A stretch of DNA of 63,074 nucleotides, filler included, from Octopus bimaculoides (GCF_001194135.2; 6 parts of 6 records of this genome joined end to end with filler, not necessarily neighbours in it); one strand, 5' to 3'; counted from the first letter of the whole stretch, positions 40,404-52,873 are shown. A program made the numbers and translations. The notes: generated from the sequence alone by a model not told the origin.

Positions 40404-40463
40404 CTAGCGACAGGACCAGTAGACCAGTCCTGGTTTCGGGCTATTTCTGCCACTCTTCGGCAA
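40404..40463 (-). ncRNA. Decayed type I hammerhead candidate with a full stem III
   Basis: TTGC-C[-]GAAGA-G(T)GGC(agaaata)GCCC-GAAA-C(C)AGGAC(loop)GTCCTG-TC-GCTAG; U4 missing, stem I only partly pairs. Confidence 0.45.
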
Positions 40464-40464
40464 T

Positions 40465-41402
40465 AAATTGCACTCACAGGAGTGCAATTTGTTAAGTTCT
40501 TTACTTCCCGAATTAATTTGTTATAACTTATCTGAGTCTTATCCGGTAAGAGTGCATAGATACACGGTATAATGTATTGATCTTCTATGCCATGAATCGT
40601 ATACAGCTGGTTTAAAGTTTCAGGAACTACCTTGAATGTTCCATCAAAATACCTATGAGGAGCCTTTTTTCTTTTTAGAAATTCTATGCTTTTATTCGTT
40701 CCAAATATCAAAATCTTGCCGTAAAACGTTGAATCATACAACAAAAACATTCCCCTAGTGGTTGTTTTTAAAGTTTTCAGATATAATAAGATTTTGAGCA
40801 CATGATGATAACAGTAAATGGTTCCTTTTCTTCTGTTTATAACGTCTTACATCTCGTCGAAGGATACAGAGGGAAGGTATTTTTTTAGCTGCCTCTTCCG
40901 ATTCAGATGCACAAGCTTCGGCAATGTAGTCTCTTCAGTTTCTGTTGCACGTTCTTTAATTTCTTGAAACACTTTTGCAGCTTCACACTTCGATGTATCT
41001 GGTATGCGTGTGCATCGTTGTGTTCGATAATTTCACCCTGCCACATTTTTACCCTTGCTTTATATGACGCCTTAGACCTCCGCCGTTCACATTTGTAAGA
41101 TATCACACCATTTATCAAATCCTTCTGCTTTACGTAAATATAATTCCTCATGAAATAATTTCAATACGCTTGACAAGCTCCATCTTGTGTGGAAGTTAAG
41201 CGGGTTTATAAAAAAAAAATTCTTCACTGCTTTGAGGACAACTATATAAGCCATAAAGAATAAATGAAACAAACAAGTAAATGTACTACTATTTAAATAA
41301 GTTACAGAAAACAAGGTAATTCATCAGTTTAAAACGAACAAGGTAATTCATCAATATTCCTGTGGTGTAATATTAACCACCGGGGGATTTTGACCTGATA
41401 CC
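40465..41402 (-). mobile_element. Mutator (MULE) transposon 5' half: TIR end, FLYWCH-like domain, start of DDE domain
   Basis: YFDGTFKVVPETLNQLYTIHG..IPCIYALLPDKTQISYNKL (MULE domain); NYIYVKQK..ISYKCERR (FLYWCH-like); terminus GGTATCAGGTCAAAATCCCCC at 41402. Confidence 0.85.
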
Positions 41403-41419
41403 ATATACATACATACATG

Positions 41420-41473
<54 letters not shown>

Positions 41474-41516
41474 TTTATTTGTTTATTCATATATGTATAG
41501 ATATACATACACACAA

Positions 41517-41589
<73 letters not shown>

Positions 41590-41769
41590 ATGCAAGAGAG
41601 TTAGGGGTTGAGTATTCAACCCACATAGAATCTATTCAATATACTGCTGGGAGGGTACCCAATTATTGTTACACTAGTGTTATACCAAGTGCAATAAGTG
41701 GGTGCGGGTAAAAGGGGGTTATTTTACCCTAAATTTATATAGCAATAAGAAAATGGAGGGGAATATGCG

Positions 41770-41961
41770 GTATCTATCGACTTGCAGACAGTGTATATGT
41801 ATATCCGTGTTTTTCTCCTTGTTTTCTCCGTATTCTTTCTGTTGAAGAGCGTAGCTCGAAACGTTAAAGACTTTCTGTATTCCCGAGCGTCAAACTAATA
41901 CATCCTTTTGTTGTTTACACCATCTGTCCTCGTCTGCTGTTGTTTTTTTTCGTACATTCTC

Positions 41962-41965
<4 letters not shown>
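41770..41965 (+). mobile_element. About 200-bp HHR-bearing element (Penelope pLTR-like), copy 2
   Basis: Homologous to 25905-26110; ends at a (TA)n tract. Confidence 0.6.
41834..41870 (+). ncRNA. Minimal type I hammerhead motif (A6 to U variant)
   Basis: TCTTT-CTGTTGA-A-GAGC(gta)GCTC-GAAAC-GTT-AAAGA: perfect 5-bp stem I, 4-bp stem II, palindromic ACGT stem III, GUU triplet. Confidence 0.7.
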
Positions 41966-42028
<63 letters not shown>

Positions 42029-42293
42029 CATACACACATACACTGCAGTATGTATTCGTGTATATGTGTATATGTGCATGTGTGAGTATATGAGGTAGTA
42101 GAGGTGGGGTGCACGCTTAGTTATGTAGAAGTTATACATAAGCCGTGTAAAAAGTAAACGTAATAAAAGGATTAAATATACAAAATAACTGTGACAGCGG
42201 GGAAATGAATATAAATATTAATCAACATTTATCATTTGAACCATAAAGAGATTAAAATAAATAGATTATGAAATATTACATATCAATTAGTTA

Positions 42294-44350
42294 TCTATAT
42301 CTATAAAACTCAAAATCTCTGCGTGTGTGTGAGTGTGTGTGCGTATGCGTTTTATGTGTTTCCATATTTTTCATTCGATTTTGATGAAATTGTTTTTATT
42401 AAATGGCAAATTTACACAGGCAGGTCACTGCTGCATTACCGGTGCCTAGAGATACCCCTTTCTAGGAGAAAAATCAATAAAACTGAAGGGGCACCCTACT
42501 TTTTTCAAAAAATGGCAAAAGTTGCACGCGAGAAAAGTTTTTATAGGGACATCCGATTTTTATAAATTTGGTGTCAAAAGGACCGTCATGTTGTGACATT
42601 TCAGACAAATATTTTGGCGCTGCCTTGAGGTCTCTGATTCCCTCAAAAATTGCGAAAAACTTTGAAAAAAAATCGATTTTTCGCATCTTTGCAAAGTTAC
42701 ACGGTAGAAAACTTTTTACTGGAAAGTCCGATTTCCTTGGTTTTTACGGCTAAAAAACCACCATGTAACGGCGGTTCTATCAAGTGTCTGTTCTATGTCC
42801 AAATGCATCCCTCTGTGATAAAAAACCGCAAAAACTCTGAAAAGAAATCGATTTTTATACACTTTTTCCCCTTTAAATCTTCAAACACTTCTCACTGCTT
42901 TGGCGGATTGCGTTCAAATTTTATACACTATTTACTTATCCTAAGGATAACGTTAGGAGACTCCGATTTGCACAGAATTCATCCGAGTATGACCAAAAAT
43001 TGCGAAAAACTGAGTAGAAAATCGGATTTTTGACCTTAAATCCCTCATTTTTGACCGAACATAAGGGCCCAGCTTTTCGGCGACAACTTATCGGGTGACT
43101 TCTCCAAGCAACTTCTCACCGTCGGTGATGGCACAGCTCCCTCCGATGCAGCTGGAGAGATGGCTGTCTTACACGTAGACACAGCTGTGAACACTGTGGA
43201 CGACCTTACGACCACTGTTTTTCCAGATCTGCCTGAATTGGCTGTGCGATAGAGCCATATTAGCTCCCAAAAACACATTTGTTATGAAACTCAATGAAGA
43301 CCTACTGCGAAGCCTTCCTGGAAACCTTCACACTTACAAGTCTGTGGACACTGTTGTGGACCAAAAAGAGGCCGTTATTTTCCCCACAGAATTCCTCAAT
43401 TCCTTGGACCCCTTCGGACGACCGCCACATCAACTGCACCTCAAAATTGGAGCTCCGGTTATGCTGCTGAGGAACCTGGAGCTACCACGTCTGTGCAACG
43501 GAACGCAGTTAGTGGTATAAAATGCGCTGCCTCATGTTATTGAAGCAACAATTCTTACGGGTTGCGACATCGGAGTATTTATACCTTTTACTCCATCAGA
43601 TAAGCAATGCCCCTATCCCTTGCGGTCGACTTCAGTTCCCTCTTCGACTTTGCTTTGCCATATCCATCACCAAGTCCCAAGGCCAAGAACTAACAACGAC
43701 AGGCCTTCATTTAGGTCAACCCTGCCTCTCGCACGGTCATTTATACGTCGGATGCTCAACAGTCGGATGCAAAAAATACCTTTTCGTGTTCGCCTCGAAA
43801 GCCAAAACGAAAAATGTCGTCTACCGTGAGGTGCTGTAGGCCGTCCAAAATGCCACGGCTTCCCTGCCGAACCGGTTTATGGTGAGTGAGTACTATTGTT
43901 GCCATTCTTTCAAAATTGCCAGTCTTTCTTATGTCTTTTTTTAATTATTATTTTGTCCACTACAGTTTCTCAATCTCTTTGCAGATAGCTTGAGTTTTGG
44001 AATCACTGCACCCACTATTTTTCCTGTGAACGAAAAAGGACGTTTATACCTGTGAACGGTTAACAACCGTTTTCAGGGCTATTGTGAGAACGATAACACG
44101 GCCCTTTTCAGGGCAACTTTACATTCAATTGTTGCACCCCCTGCGATGTTCTTGTGGCTTCTCCAAGGCTTTTCACTTCGTTTTACTACTTTATTTATGG
44201 TCTATGGGAAAAACCACTTCTTCTTCAACGTCAATGTTTGCAACTTGAGGCAAAAAATATTCAAAGAGATGTACAACGAAAAAATGGTAGAACCTATTAA
44301 GACTTTTGCCGAGTATTTAATACCCGAGCAACGCCGGGTACTCCTGCTAG
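42294..44350 (+). mobile_element. Internally deleted Helitron with both termini
   Basis: 5' A|TCTATATCTATAAAA at 42294; 3' hairpin TACCCG-N8-CGGGTA (44321-44340), then CTAG|T at 44347-44351; PIF1 helicase remnant inside. Confidence 0.85.
43055..43839 (+). pseudogene. Helitron PIF1-like helicase C-terminal about 260 codons, disrupted
   Basis: [82 protein letters not shown]. Confidence 0.92.
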
Positions 44351-44464
44351 TGATAAATAAATCAGTTTATACTTAGGGACTGCACATTTCGGATGATACT
44401 AAATGTGCTATGAGAAGCTATCTTGGTTAATTCCATATGTTTATGTTGATGTCTTATAGACACA

Positions 44465-44594
44465 AGAGTGGCCGTGAAGCAAAAAATTTGCTTCTCAACC
44501 GCGTGGTTTCGGTTTCAAACCCACTGCGTAGCACTTTGGGCAAGTGTCTTTTACTATTGTTCTCGGCTGATTAAAGCCTTGTGAATGAATTTCG
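44465..44594 (+). mobile_element. SINE family B 5' half, interrupted by the RTE element
   Basis: Family B head through aaagccttgtgaatgaattt, then an abrupt switch to RTE sequence. Confidence 0.75.
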
Positions 44595-45440
44595 TCGTTG
44601 AGCAGAATGAGACCAACCGATCACCGATGCCGCTAGTATCAGTCGCCGTGCCGGTTCGGCCAATTACATGCTCGTAGCCTTGTCGGTTTCTCACGATTTG
44701 GGCGTTGAAGTCGCCAATTAGTTGAACCAAATCGTGACGAGGGCCATCGTCCAGAACATCCTGTTGTTGGTCATAGAAAGCGTCTTTATAGGCCTCTTCT
44801 ACATCTTCGATGGGGGCATAGGCCTGGATGACGGTGATTCTGGACAACCGCGTTTGGAATCGGGCGGTGATGATACGATCGCTGGCAGGCTTCTATCCGA
44901 TGAGCGCTCCAGTTGCCCTTGCGATATGACGATGCCGACTCATTGCGCGTGTTCCACTTCGTGGCCCGAGTAGATAACACTCCTGTTTTCACTGATCAAC
45001 CGTCCACTGCCACGCCATCTCATTTCACTAATTCCGAAAATGTCCATTTGATAGCTTCCCACTTCTTCAAGTTGCTGCACCAGTCTGCCACACTGCTACA
45101 GTGTCCTCACATTCCAAGTCCCGATTTTTGTTGATTGTTTTGCATTGAAGATCGAACCACATATCGGGTGTTGGATGTTCTGACGGCTTTGATGCAACAC
45201 CGTCATAGTAAAGTGGTCGCCTCCTCCGCTGTCAGTTTGAACAAGTTGGTTTGTTCTTGCCTTTTCTGTAGCACTGAGGTTCTTTTACGGGGTCGGGTTG
45301 CTGGCCCGACGCCCAACCCTCCTCCTTTTGCAGTCAGGCTTGGGACATCTGTATTAGTAAGCGGTGGAGATCGGCCCTGCCGGACAGGCAGACGTACCGG
45401 GGAGCAGATGCGGGCGCAAATCATTACCTCCTCCTCGTGA
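44595..45440 (-). mobile_element. RTE LINE 5' UTR and endonuclease N-terminus (inverted segment)
   Basis: WNVRTL, DIFGISEMRWRGSG, RITVIQAYAP..KDAFYD, LIGDFNAQI, GDRLVSFCS. Confidence 0.9.
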
Positions 45441-46170
45441 AGTGTCGGCTTCGATTGGGGTGCTTGACGGGAACTGAGAAACCGATTCCGACCTCTCGCA
45501 GACGTGGACGAGGTCGACATCGACGGCTACTTTGGGAAATTCAAAGAGGCAATTATCGAAAGTGCCGAGAAGACCATCAGCAGATGCCGTGGCGCGTACA
45601 AGGAGCGTTGGATCCAAGATCGAACTTGGATCCTGTTCGATGCGAGACGAAAGGTTAAAATACAACGAGACCTAGCGCAAACGGACGAAGCCCAGCAGGA
45701 AGCATCGGAAACGTATCGAACACTGGATCGAAGAGTGAAGAAGAACTATTGGAAAATCAAGCGGGAGTGTTTGGAAGAAAGGAGGCGCAGGGGGAGGCGG
45801 ATCGAAATGATACGAAAATTACGGCCCTCCTAAATGTATGCTGGATGACAGGCCGGGTCCCAGAGGATCGGCAACGGGGGATGGGTAATTGTCAAGCTCC
45901 CAAAGAAAGGAAACCTCGCCGATTGCAATAATTGGAGAAAGATTACACTTCTACTTGTCCCCGGAAAGATTTTCGGTATCGTCCTCTTAAGACGGCAGCA
46001 ACAAGCGGTGGATGAGAGGCTCTGAGAACAAGCCGGTTTTCGATGCGGACGATCATGCAATGAACAAACCTTCACGTTGCGCAACATTATCGAACAAAGC
46101 CTGGAATATTAGCAACAACAATCAATCATTTTCATTGATTTTGTCAAGGCATTCGACAGCGTACACCGGA
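45441..46170 (+). mobile_element. RTE LINE linker and RT N-terminus, cut by gap
   Basis: VIVKLPKKGNLADCNNWRKITLL, EQAGFRCGRSCNEQTFTLRNIIEQSLE, FIDFVKAFDSVHR. Confidence 0.9.
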
Positions 46171-46270
46171 NNNNNNNNNNNNNNNNNNNNNNNNNNNNNN
46201 NNNNNNNNNNNNNNTTAATTAATTAANNNNNNNNNNNNNNNNNNNNNNNNNNNNNNNNNNNNNNNNNNNN

Positions 46271-46307
<37 letters not shown>

Positions 46308-46491
46308 GTATGTATACGTATGCGCATCGAGCATACACACACACATACACACACACGCCCATTCCAGAGGCTCTTCGGTTACACGCTCATGGGAAAAACA
46401 CAGTTCTCGATAACTGAATGTCACTCTGCCATATTGAAGTCGAGGGACATAAAATCTATTGTCACATTCATTCTTTTTGATAAAACAGACG

Positions 46492-46542
<51 letters not shown>

Positions 46543-46573
46543 ACGTACACACCCGCACGCTTACGTGTGCGTA

Positions 46574-46623
<50 letters not shown>

Positions 46624-46980
46624 CATACATTCCTTAGTCGTTTAGCTTAGGTGTGAATTGTTGGGCTAGCTGAAACAACAACTTTTAAACTAGTGGAAAA
46701 ATTTCTTGAACGAAAAAGCACCTATCACCTGACATCAATCTTGTTGAAGTTCGGCTCCAAACACTCTCTCTCCCTCACACACACGCCCACATTATCAATA
46801 TATATATATATACATTATCAATATATATATATCTTTATATATATATATTATCTTTATCTTATGATATTTACTTTGTATTATATTATACTCATTTATTGTG
46901 CTTTTAATTATTAATTTTTCTATATGTAATAGTGGATTTTCATCGATGAGTTCATGAAACTTGGTTTTTTTTCCCTAAAA

Positions 46981-47062
<82 letters not shown>

Positions 47063-47446
47063 ATGTATATCTACAGTTGAGTTGTAGATGCCTGTAACAA
47101 CCTTAGATGCATTATAGAATATGTAATATAGAAACAGAACTAACGAACACAAACAAGGGAAAGAAGTAGACATCGGCGACATTTCAACTGGTTCCTCTTT
47201 TTCTTCCGTTCATTTCAATAATTCAATACTGATGTTCACATGAGTATCGTTTCCGCCATTTCATGAGGGTGTTTAAGACCCTAATGGAATATGAATAATA
47301 GCTTGGCTGCCGGGTTTTATAGGGAGCAATAAGGGGCAGTGTTGGGTTTCTATGTATCGTTAGATTAAGATTGGAAAACGAAAGTGGGAAAGTTTTGTGT
47401 CTGATAACTGATTGTTTGGTCCAGTCAAATCTTCTGTCTTTTGCAG

Positions 47447-47650
47447 TATAGGTAGACGATGGTGTATGTTCCTCTACGCTGTATCATCAGGTTTCAGCAT
47501 GTTCTGTGTGCTAATTTTACATATGATGGGCGATCTCCATAAATATCCTTACATGATGACTGCCCTGGCTGCCTTCAGCAAGATGGGTGTGGCCACAGCA
47601 CTGTCGCTATTAACACTAATCACTGTCGAAGCTTACCCAACCGTTATTAG
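47447..47650 (+). CDS. SLC22-like organic cation/anion transporter, internal exon (about TM8-TM10)
   Basis: tctgtcttttgcAG acceptor and AG|GTAAGT donor, 204 bp, phase 2/2, open; IGRRW..AAFSKMGVATA..TVEAYPTVIR carries the GRR and E-YPT-IR signatures of the MFS/SLC22 family. Confidence 0.92.
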
Positions 47651-47694
47651 GTAAGTGACAACTGATTTCATCATCGTTTTATACATCGACTAAA

Positions 47695-47912
47695 TGGCTT
47701 CGATTTTTGGCACAAAGCGAGCAGTGTTTTGCGGGGAGGGGGCTAATCGATTATATCGATTATATCGATTATATCGCCCACAGTATTTGACTGGTTCTTA
47801 TTTCATCGTATCCGAAAGGGAAAAACGGACGAAATGCTTCTAAGCAATTTTTCCGGCGTGCTAACAATTCTGCCAGCTCACCGCCTTCAGAAAAAAACAA
47901 AAACAAAAAAAA

Positions 47913-47954
<42 letters not shown>

Positions 47955-48120
47955 AACAACAACAACTGAAATAATCCTTTCTACTATAGACACAAGGCCT
48001 GAAATGTTGGGGGAGGAGGATAGTTGATTACATCGACCCCCAGTGTTTCAATGATACTCACTTTATCGACCTCGAAAGGATGAAAGGCAAAGTCGACCTC
48101 GGCAGAGTTAGAACTCAGAG
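47695..48120 (-). mobile_element. Two tandem family A SINEs in the SLC22 intron
   Basis: Family A motifs at 47760-47885 and 47990-48120, separated by an A-rich spacer. Confidence 0.8.
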
Positions 48121-48973
48121 AAATCAACTGAAATAATGTTATGTAATTTTAACGTTGTGTATATATACACAGTTCCTCCAATTGAAATTCGACATTTTGA
48201 GCTTCCAATTTCATCAATGCCAACTTCAAATTCGTCAGTGTCAATAGAATTGTATTTACGTAAATATTGGACTGGCTTTGATCACCGACGATGAATGCAG
48301 TGAACTTTTTACAAATATATTATAACGAGAATTTAGAGTGTCTGTCTGTCTGTCTCTGTCCGTGTCTCTCTCTCTCTCTCTCTCCCTCTCCCTCTCTCTA
48401 GTTATCTTTTTATCTACCTATCACTCTCTACCTACCTACCTACCTACCTACCTACCTACCTACCTACTACCTACCTACCTACTACCTACCTACCTAACTA
48501 CCTACCTACTTAACTATATGTATATAGTCTTAAAAGATCAATTGCTAATCATATAAAAATCTAAGAAGGGAAACACGCAATACGAAAACTTGCTTCCAAA
48601 ATCTTCGTGTCATCTAGTTCTTTCTAAGATTTCTTTTTTACAGAATTAATAAATTTTGTTTTAAGCAAATCTCTCTTCAAATATTGTGAGTAAATCAGAC
48701 TATTTTTGGAAAAGTGTTGTGCACACACACCTACCTACACACACATACGCACACACACATACGCACACACATACGCACACACACATATGCACACGCATAC
48801 ACACACACATGCACACACACACACGTACACACACACCCATACACACACACACGCATACACAGACACCCCTATACACGCACCCCCACACATGCACACGCAG
48901 ACATCCACACATGCACCCCCACTCACGCACACATATACAATCAAATGTTCGTGCCGTACATTAGCTCACTCAC

Positions 48974-49015
<42 letters not shown>

Positions 49016-49950
49016 NNNNNNNNNNNNNNNNNNNNNNNNNNNNNNNNNNNNNNNNNNNNNNNNNNNNNNNNNNNNNNNNNNNNNNNNNNNNNNNNNNNNN
49101 NNNNNNNNNNNNNNNNNNNNNNNNNNNNNNNNNNNNNNNNNNNNNNNNNNNNNNNNNNNNNNNNNNNNNNNNNNNNNNNNNNNNNNNNNNNNNNNNNNNN
49201 NNNNNNNNNNNNNNNNNNNNNNNNNNNNNNNNNNNNNNNNNNNNNNNNNNNNNNNNNNNNNNNNNNNNNNNNNNNNNNNNNNNNNNNNNNNNNNNNNNNN
49301 NNNNNNNNNNNNNNNNNNNNNNNNNNNNNNNNNNNNNNNNNNNNNNNNNNNNNNNNNNNNNNNNNNNNNNNNNNNNNNNNNNNNNNNNNNNNNNNNNNNN
49401 NNNNNNNNNNNNNNNNNNNNNNNNNNNNNNNNNNNNNNNNNNNNNNNNNNNNNNNNNNNNNNNNNNNNNNNNNNNNNNNNNNNNNNNNNNNNNNNNNNNN
49501 NNNNNNNNNNNNNNNNNNNNNNNNNNNNNNNNNNNNNNNNNNNNNNNNNNNNNNNNNNNNNNNNNNNNNNNNNNNNNNNNNNNNNNNNNNNNNNNNNNNN
49601 NNNNNNNNNNNNNNNNNNNNNNNNNNNNNNNNNNNNNNNNNNNNNNNNNNNNNNNNNNNNNNNNNNNNNNNNNNNNNNNNNNNNNNNNNNNNNNNNNNNN
49701 NNNNNNNNNNNNNNNNNNNNNNNNNNNNNNNNNNNNNNNNNNNNNNNNNNNNNNNNNNNNNNNNNNNNNNNNNNNNNNNNNNNNNNNNNNNNNNNNNNNN
49801 NNNNNNNNNNNNNNNNNNNNNNNNNNNNNNNNNNNNNNNNNNNNNNNNNNNNNNNNNNNNNNNNNNNNNNNNNNNNNNNNNNNNNNNNNNNNNNNNNNNN
49901 NNNNNNNNNNNNNNNNNNNNNNNNNNNNNNNNNNNNNNNNNNNNNNNNNN

Positions 49951-49982
<32 letters not shown>

Positions 49983-50472
49983 AAAGAGTGTACAGAATGG
50001 AGAAAGTAAATTAAAGCTACATATGTTTCCGACCACAATGTAAACAACCGCAGGTAATTAGGCCTCAATAAAGTTAGACTGTATCTGTATGTGTTGCGAG
50101 TTACGTAAGGCATGTTAAGTTTAGCTTGGAAACATACGTAGACTTGATTTACCTTCTCCATTCCTGACACACTTCGATTTATAATCGAATAATTAACAAT
50201 TCTTATTGTCAAATTGTGAGTTGTATGGTGGCGTTGATCTTATTGAAATTTCCATCTATTTTGGATATGTGACAAAGTGTATAACACACGCCAGGTAATA
50301 TTGTACACAAGTTGATATGAAAAATTACCATATATTCAAATATAATTTACCATGTTTATTCCTTCTAGTACTTTATATATTAACCGTCTGTGTTTAAACG
50401 CATTTTCTTTTCATTAGCCACGATGTCTAAGTTCACCTGGCTTACACCTTTGTTATGTTTATACTTCTGTAG

Positions 50473-50661
50473 GACTCCTATTACTACATTGTTCCCTATA
50501 TACTACAAGGACTGCTGATTAGTACCATAGGTGTTGTCGGTCTTGTTTTTCCCGAGACGGCTACAACACCCATGCCAGATGTGCTGCAGTGCCGACATAG
50601 AAAAAACCAGCTTCAGGCAGATGTCACATCACAGTATGTCTACCTTCGCGACCAGTCATGA
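50473..50661 (+). CDS. SLC22-like transporter, terminal coding exon (TM12 and cytoplasmic tail)
   Basis: tacttctgtAG acceptor, phase 0; DSYYYIVPYILQGLLISTIGVVGLVFPETATTPMPDVLQ...DQS* contains the family PET---P-PD motif; absent from the ORF track (no start codon). Confidence 0.9.
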   Translation, partial: DSYYYIVPYILQGLLISTIGVVGLVFPETATTPMPDVLQCRHRKNQLQADVTSQYVYLRDQS

Positions 50662-50885
50662 CGTCACATGATATTTTCTGCCCCAAAACTAAAAATCTTG
50701 TGAGAGGTGAGTGTTCAAACTTGGTTTCCAAACACGGTGTAATATGTCATTGGTATATCACTGTTATACGAGAAATACTAAATGAAGGTTAGGAAAACAT
50801 TCATAAAAAATGTAATTGATCGACGCGTCCTTCCGTAATCTATAACTTTAAAAATATGTTGTGTGACAGAGACTGCGGTCGAGAA

Positions 50886-51018
<133 letters not shown>

Positions 51019-51035
51019 GTCTGTCTATCTATCTG

Positions 51036-51104
<69 letters not shown>

Positions 51105-51544
51105 ACATATTTATGTGTATATATATACATATATACGCATATACATATGCATACATATATATGAAGTTCATATATATATATATGTATATATATATAGTTA
51201 TATATGTGTATATATATATATAGTTGGAATTTACAAAAAAAAAAAAAAAGATGAAGACGTGTGTGTAAACAACAAACAGAAATATATATATATATATACA
51301 CACGCACACACATATACATATTTAGCACGTGTACATATAATCATATATATATATATATACATGTATACATACACATATATATGTGTATATATGTACATGT
51401 ATATGTATGTATACACACACGCACGCACGCATACACATGCACATACACATGTTTTATCTTTATCACACACACACACATGCGCGCGCGCATTTTATCTCAG
51501 ATATTTTTATAAATCAAACTTTATCAAAATTTTTTATTGAACCG

Positions 51545-52480
51545 AATCGATATTTTATCAGTTTCCTATAACCTGAATGATCACCAGATTAATAACTTTA
51601 GAAAAGATCTTCTAGGCATGTATATCAGCATTAGCGCCGATCTAAGAATAGTTAACTTTCTAGATATCGCAGTATATTTAACTATAACGCCGCCAATATT
51701 GAAAGCAAATACATACTTACCTCCTAGGCATAATTTAGAAGATTGTTGATGGTAAAAGTAGAAGAATTAACAAATTATTCTCTAACAAGGATATTTTCAA
51801 CCTTGTCTGTTATCACTTATTATAACGATGAACTAAAAAGGAGTGGCTTTAAAAAGAAAGTAGTATATAATTGAGACTTAACGTCTAATGGTAGAACAAG
51901 AAGAAAAAAAACAATTTTGTTCTGATCAAATGAATGTAACCTTTAACGTTGATAAAAATCTTCTGTTCATGTTAAGTAAAAATTCTTTTGAAGCAGATAA
52001 ATATTAGCAGTTATTTAAGTAGAACAGTGTTATGGTGAGCTACAGTTGCCTGGATACCATCGTTTTAGTAGATATATCATAATTAAAAATAAATCCAGCT
52101 CTTAAGAACCAAAGTGAACTTTAAAACTTACCTCTTATAGTATCTTATATCTCTAAGGTTGTGATATACAAAGCAACTATAACATTCTGATTTTATTCAA
52201 AAGAATTACACGAGACTTACGCAAGATACATTGAAGATAAAATGGAACCATAACGCACATTCGTTTAGATCCAGAGACGGAGAGTATTCCTTCACTGAGT
52301 CGTCAATATGTTTGTAAGTTAAAAGAGTAGCGAAGTCGAATAATGAACCATAATACAGAATATTATGAACACAGTATAATCTAGAATGTTGAAGCAAAAA
52401 ATATTCTTTGCTGCAGTTTCATATAATCGTTTATGAAATATACGACGGATGAAGAGATCGCGTGCGAAAATGCGAGTTCA
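51545..52480 (+). mobile_element. Penelope-like element, decayed RT C-terminus and GIY-YIG region
   Basis: ISADLRIVNFLDI, YNDELKRSGFKK, RTRRKK, RNSV.VSYSC, KIKWNHNAHSFRS; followed by a degenerate CGGATGA..GAAA at 52446-52469. Confidence 0.7.
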
Positions 52481-52759
52481 TTGATGCAAGGCTGATGTGA
52501 ATAGACCAGCCAGGATATTATACAAAACCGGAACATGGGAGACTACAGGAATAAGAACACACAAACTGACAAACAGACAGACAAACGCACGCGCATACTG
52601 AAACGCAAATACTCATAATACGTACATATATGCAAACATATATACACATATATATGTATGTATCTATCTATCATGTACTTATATGCACACACACACAAAC
52701 ACATACACACACGTGAATATATACATATATGAAAGTGTCTATCTACCTATGAATGTATG

Positions 52760-52873
<114 letters not shown>

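Noticed and set aside
47235-47270. Minus-strand CTCATGA..GAAACG
   Set aside because: Core mutated, no stem II, no GUH triplet.
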